The notes under the pieces were generated by a model, which saw only the letters and a list, made by a program, of their open reading frames with translations, had not been told where the DNA came from and made no database searches. From NCBI GenBank assembly GCA_965220965.1, contig OZ244852.1, positions 544,001 to 608,000 of the forward strand: DNA of 64,000 bases. Reading direction: 5' to 3'. The translations under genes and the position numbers were made by a program. The DNA is from Candidatus Marinacidobacterium sp. (GTDB taxonomy: Bacteria; Acidobacteriota; Vicinamibacteria; Marinacidobacterales; Marinacidobacteraceae). Below, piece after piece: positions 60,513 through 64,000 of this stretch (positions are counted from its first letter, which is position 1; every line of letters begins with the position of its first letter).

Positions 60513-62302
60513 TGAGCGCCCCGACCCGCGCCACGCACCACTGCGCCGAACTCCGCGTCGCCGACGCCGGATCGCGGGTGATCCTCATGGGCTGGGTGGA
60601 GCGCATCCGGGACCTCGGCGGGCTGCTCTTCCTGGACCTGCGGGACTACCGCGGCGCCACCCAGGTGGTGGTCCGCCCCGACACGCCCGCCGCCGCCGTC
60701 GCGAAGCGGGTGGGCGCCTGGTGGGTTCTGGCCGTCGAGGGAGTCGTCCTCGCCCGCGAGGCGGGGACGGTCAATGCCGCGGTGGACACCGGCGAGGTCG
60801 AACTGGAGGCCGCGGCCATCCACGTCCTGAACGAGTCCCGGACGCCGCCGTTCTCCCCCACCGGAGGCGACGGGGTCGCCGAGGAACTGCGGCTTCGCTA
60901 CCGCTACCTCGAGCTCCGGAACCCGAAGCTCCAGCACAACCTGCGGATCCGCGGGCGGCTCGCCGCCGAGATCCGGGGCCACCTCGACGAACGCGGTTTC
61001 CTCGAAGTGGAGACGCCGTTCCTGACCCGTTCGACTCCCGAAGGGGCGAGGGACTACCTCGTCCCCTCGCGGGTCCATCGCGGCCGCTTCTACGCCCTCC
61101 CGCAGTCGCCCCAGTTGTTCAAGCAGTTGCTGATGATCGGGGGGGTGGACCGCTACTACCAGATCGCCCGCTGCTTCCGGGACGAGGACCTGCGCGCCGA
61201 CCGCCAGCCCGAGTTCAGCCAGGTGGACATCGAGATGTCCTTCGCCGATCCGGATCTCGTCATCGAGATCACCGAAGGACTCTTCCAGCGGGCGCTCGGC
61301 GCGGTGGGGATCGAGGTCCAGCCGCCGTTCCCCCGCTTCCGCTGGGCCGAGGCGATGGACCGCTACGGCGTGGATCGCCCCGACCTCCGCTACGGCGCAG
61401 AAGTTCACGACCTGACGGAACTCGCCCGGGACTCCGGCCACCCCATCCTCGACCGGGTGCTCGGGGAGGGTGGCTCCCTCCGGGGCATCGCCGCGCCGGG
61501 ATGCGGCGGGTTCTCGCGCAAGCGGCTCGACGAGCTCCAGGCCGCCGCGGTGGCCGCCGGCGCCGGCGGCCTCTTCTGGGCGGCGTTCGCGGACGGCGCG
61601 GTTCGCTCTCCACTGAAGAAGACGCTCGGCCCCGAGCGGCTCGAGGGACTCCTCGAGGCGGCGGGCGGGGGGCCCGGGGATCTCCTGCTCCTCGTCGCCG
61701 GAGAGCCCCGGAAGGCCTCGGTCGCGCTCGGCGCGCTCCGACGCCAGTTGGCGGCGAGCGAGGGCTGGATCCCGAAGGGCGAGTTCCGGATGGCCTGGGT
61801 CACCGACTTTCCGCTGTTCGACTGGTCGGAAACCGAGGGCCGCCTGACCTCGGTCCACCACCCGTTCACCAGCCCGCACCCGGACGACCTCGACCGCATC
61901 GAGTCGGAACCGCTCGCCGCGCGCTCGCTCGCCTACGACGTCATCGCGAACGGCCACGAGCTCGGCGGCGGCAGCATCCGGATCCACGACCGTCGCACCC
62001 AGCAGCGGATCTTCGACGCGCTCGAGATCCCGCCCGCCGAAGCCAGCGAGCGGTTCGGCTTCTTCCTCGAGGCCCTCGAGTACGGCACGCCGCCCCACGG
62101 CGGCATCGCGCTCGGATTCGACCGGATTGCGATGCTCGCTTCGGGCGCCGCCAGCCTGCGCGAGGTCATCGCGTTCCCCAAGACGACATCCGCCACCGAC
62201 CTGATGACCGGCTCCCCCGGGCCGGTCCAGCCGGTCCAGCTCGACGAAGTCGGCGTGACGCTGGCCTCGGAGAAAGGCGGGGGCTCCGCGAAGGAACGCT
62301 GA
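60512..62302 (+). CDS. aspS: Aspartate--tRNA ligase
   Basis: RDLGG..F.DLRD, PEGARDY, LPQSPQLFKQ, FRDED.RADRQPEF, HHPFT and PPHGG.A.G.DR motifs. Confidence 0.98.
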   Translation: MSAPTRATHHCAELRVADAGSRVILMGWVERIRDLGGLLFLDLRDYRGATQVVVRPDTPAAAVAKRVGAWWVLAVEGVVLAREAGTVNAAVDTGEVELEAAAIHVLNESRTPPFSPTGGDGVAEELRLRYRYLELRNPKLQHNLRIRGRLAAEIRGHLDERGFLEVETPFLTRSTPEGARDYLVPSRVHRGRFYALPQSPQLFKQLLMIGGVDRYYQIARCFRDEDLRADRQPEFSQVDIEMSFADPDLVIEITEGLFQRALGAVGIEVQPPFPRFRWAEAMDRYGVDRPDLRYGAEVHDLTELARDSGHPILDRVLGEGGSLRGIAAPGCGGFSRKRLDELQAAAVAAGAGGLFWAAFADGAVRSPLKKTLGPERLEGLLEAAGGGPGDLLLLVAGEPRKASVALGALRRQLAASEGWIPKGEFRMAWVTDFPLFDWSETEGRLTSVHHPFTSPHPDDLDRIESEPLAARSLAYDVIANGHELGGGSIRIHDRRTQQRIFDALEIPPAEASERFGFFLEALEYGTPPHGGIALGFDRIAMLASGAASLREVIAFPKTTSATDLMTGSPGPVQPVQLDEVGVTLASEKGGGSAKER

Positions 62303-62432
62303 GCGCTTCACGGCGCCCGCGTCACAGACCCCGCCCTCGAGCGGCTCGTCGAGTCGCGGGGCCGGCGCCCCGGGAGTCCATCGAGGGGCGCCCCGGGCGG
62401 GGGAGCTTCCTCGCTCGGCGCATGGGCTCTGG

Positions 62433-62461
62433 TTGCCGGGGCGGGGGCGCTGTGTTAGCGT
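62433..62461 (+). promoter_or_regulatory. sigma70-type promoter with extended -10 upstream of the structured RNA/phoH
   Basis: TTGCCG-N17-TAGCGT with TG at -15/-14. Confidence 0.55.
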
Positions 62462-62467
62462 GAAACC

Positions 62468-62632
62468 GTTCCATGAGACCAGCGGCGGAGGCCTTTTTTC
62501 GCCCCGCTCGCCGCCTTCCGTGCTGAACCGGCCCAGCCGGCGTTCCCGACGGCGATTGGCCGCCGGGAGTCCCTCTGTCGCCCGGCCCGCGGACCCGCGT
62601 CCCGGAGGTCTGGCCGTCGCCGCTGAACCGGC
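62468..62632 (+). ncRNA. Candidate 6S-like rod-shaped RNA (or structured phoH leader)
   Basis: End pairing CAGCGGCG/CGCCGCTG, then GGCC/GGCC, a central bubble, TCCGTG/CGCGGA, CCGG/CCGG and an apical TTCCCG-CGGC/GCCG-CGGGAG stem; promoter directly upstream; no credible ORF. Confidence 0.45.
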
Positions 62633-62711
62633 GCCCGCCGCCGCCCGGCGCCCCGCATCGGCCAGCGCCTCCCCGGAGCCGCTCCCCGGCGCCCCGGGCC
62701 GAACGCGGCCC

Positions 62712-63767
62712 ATGACCCGCATTCCCATTCCCGGGGAGGGAGGCCTGTCCTTCTTCGGGATCCGGGACCGCAGCCTGCGGTCGCTCGAGGAGGCGGCCGG
62801 CCTGACGCTGGCGAGCCGGGGCGACGTGCTGCTCGCGGAGGGGTCCGAGGACCGCATCGCGCTGCTCGGAACGGCCCTCGAAGGGCTTGCGGGGCTCCGC
62901 GCCGAACTGGGCCAGCGCTGCCGCATGAGCGATGTGCGCGCCGCGCTCCGGATCCTGGAACAGGATCCCGAGGCTTCCCTCCGCGAGTACTTCGTGGAGA
63001 CGGTGATCACCCCCTCGTCGGGGAAGATCGTCCGCCCCCGGAGTCTGGGTCAGCTCGAGTACATCCGGGCGCTGCGGAGCAGGGATCTCGTTCTCGGGGT
63101 CGGGCCCGCCGGCACCGGCAAGACCTGGCTAGCGATGGCGGTCGCGGTGGAGGCGCTGCGCAACCAGCAGGTCCGCCGGATCGTCCTGACCCGCCCCGCC
63201 GTCGAGGCGGGAGAGAAGCTGGGTTTTCTGCCCGGCGACCTGATCGACAAGGTGGATCCCTACCTCCGGCCGCTCTACGACGCGCTTCACGACATGATGG
63301 ACCCGGACCGGGCGGCGCGGCTCCGGGAGCGCGGCGTGATCGAGATCGCGCCGATCGCGTTCATGCGGGGAAGGACGCTGAACGACGCCTTCATCATCCT
63401 CGACGAGGCGCAGAACACGACTTCGGAACAGATGAAGATGTTCCTCACCCGGATGGGCAACGGCACCCGGGCGGTCGTGACCGGCGACATCACCCAGAAC
63501 GACCTCCCGCCGGGGAAGATCAGCGGGCTGGTGGAGTGCCTCTCCGTGGTCGGCCATCTGGGCGAAGTGGGCCTCGTGCGGCTCGAGGACTCCGATGTGG
63601 TCCGGCACCGTCTCGTCCAGCAGATCGTCCGGGCCTACGCCCGCAGCGAGCGCGCCCGCGCCGCGCGGCGGCGCGACTCCGGCGGCCAGCCCGGCGCCTC
63701 GGTCGAGGGCGACGCCTTCGAGCCGGATGCAGCCTACGACCCGCTGACCGAGCCGACCCCGGCCTGA
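62712..63767 (+). CDS. phoH: PhoH family ATPase (PhoL/YbeZ-type)
   Basis: GPAGTGKT, RPAVEAGEKLGFLPGD, MRGRTL, DEAQN, GD.TQ.DL and DVVRH motifs. Confidence 0.95.
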   Translation: MTRIPIPGEGGLSFFGIRDRSLRSLEEAAGLTLASRGDVLLAEGSEDRIALLGTALEGLAGLRAELGQRCRMSDVRAALRILEQDPEASLREYFVETVITPSSGKIVRPRSLGQLEYIRALRSRDLVLGVGPAGTGKTWLAMAVAVEALRNQQVRRIVLTRPAVEAGEKLGFLPGDLIDKVDPYLRPLYDALHDMMDPDRAARLRERGVIEIAPIAFMRGRTLNDAFIILDEAQNTTSEQMKMFLTRMGNGTRAVVTGDITQNDLPPGKISGLVECLSVVGHLGEVGLVRLEDSDVVRHRLVQQIVRAYARSERARAARRRDSGGQPGASVEGDAFEPDAAYDPLTEPTPA

Positions 63768-63796
63768 CGCGCCGCCGTCCTCGCTCCACCGGCGCC

Positions 63797-64000
63797 ATGC
63801 AGACGAAGACCCCGACCCCGGAAGAGCTTCCGCCGCCGGCGCGTTCCCGCCGCTCCTGGAGGAGCGCGATGTCCCGGGTTCTGTACCGCTGGCGGGACGG
63901 GCTGTTCGCGCGCACGCGCCTCATGGGCGCCCTCTTCGTTGTCGGCCTGGGAGTGCTGATCTGGCCCGGGCTCGGCTTCGAGCCCGCGCTCTTCGAGGTG
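63797..64000 (+). CDS. 5' fragment of a membrane protein, possibly 7TM-HDIG (PgpH-like) phosphodiesterase by synteny
   Basis: Open frame from ATG 63797 to the window end with a TM segment (LMGALFVVGLGVLIWP). Identity is inferred only from its position after phoH. Confidence 0.5.
   Translation, partial: MQTKTPTPEELPPPARSRRSWRSAMSRVLYRWRDGLFARTRLMGALFVVGLGVLIWPGLGFEPALFEV

Noticed and set aside
62455-62658. 67-aa minus-strand ORF as possible rpsT (often found near phoH)
   Set aside because: No ribosomal protein S20 motifs; looks like GC-rich noise.

Overview
A very GC-rich, gene-dense bacterial chromosomal segment. Gene content (VPS10/BNR, S10, M14, LVIVD, DUF5916 and TonB proteins, fused E1 alpha/beta) suggests Acidobacteriota; this is inference only. 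It is mostly housekeeping and central metabolism: gap, pgk-tpiA-secG-tRNA-Leu(GAG), icd-mdh-sucC-sucD-ndk-dcd-dut, ilvD, panE, ispH, uvrB, aspS, phoH, pruA, and a fused branched-chain 2-oxoacid dehydrogenase E1 with an acyl-CoA dehydrogenase. These are interspersed with secreted peptidases and hydrolases. I saw no CRISPR array, integrase, transposase or prophage. The most notable observations are: (1) a eukaryote-like indoleamine 2,3-dioxygenase; (2) a 24-bp bidirectional, apparently leaderless promoter linking a 2[4Fe-4S] ferredoxin to ispH, plus many other leaderless-looking genes; (3) an LtaS/sulfatase-like + CDP-alcohol phosphotransferase + GT4 + toroid-protein cluster, a candidate undescribed envelope-modification system; (4) a B12 riboswitch-TonB receptor-pduO cassette splitting gap from pgk; (5) unannotated structured RNAs (a 6S-like rod between aspS and phoH, a multi-stem icd leader, a hsp20 SD-sequestering hairpin); (6) an orphan HigA and an internally deleted XRE/ImmA-like regulator. 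All calls are from motif recognition by eye, with no database search or folding run. Many long ORFs in the supplied track are GC-rich shadow frames.
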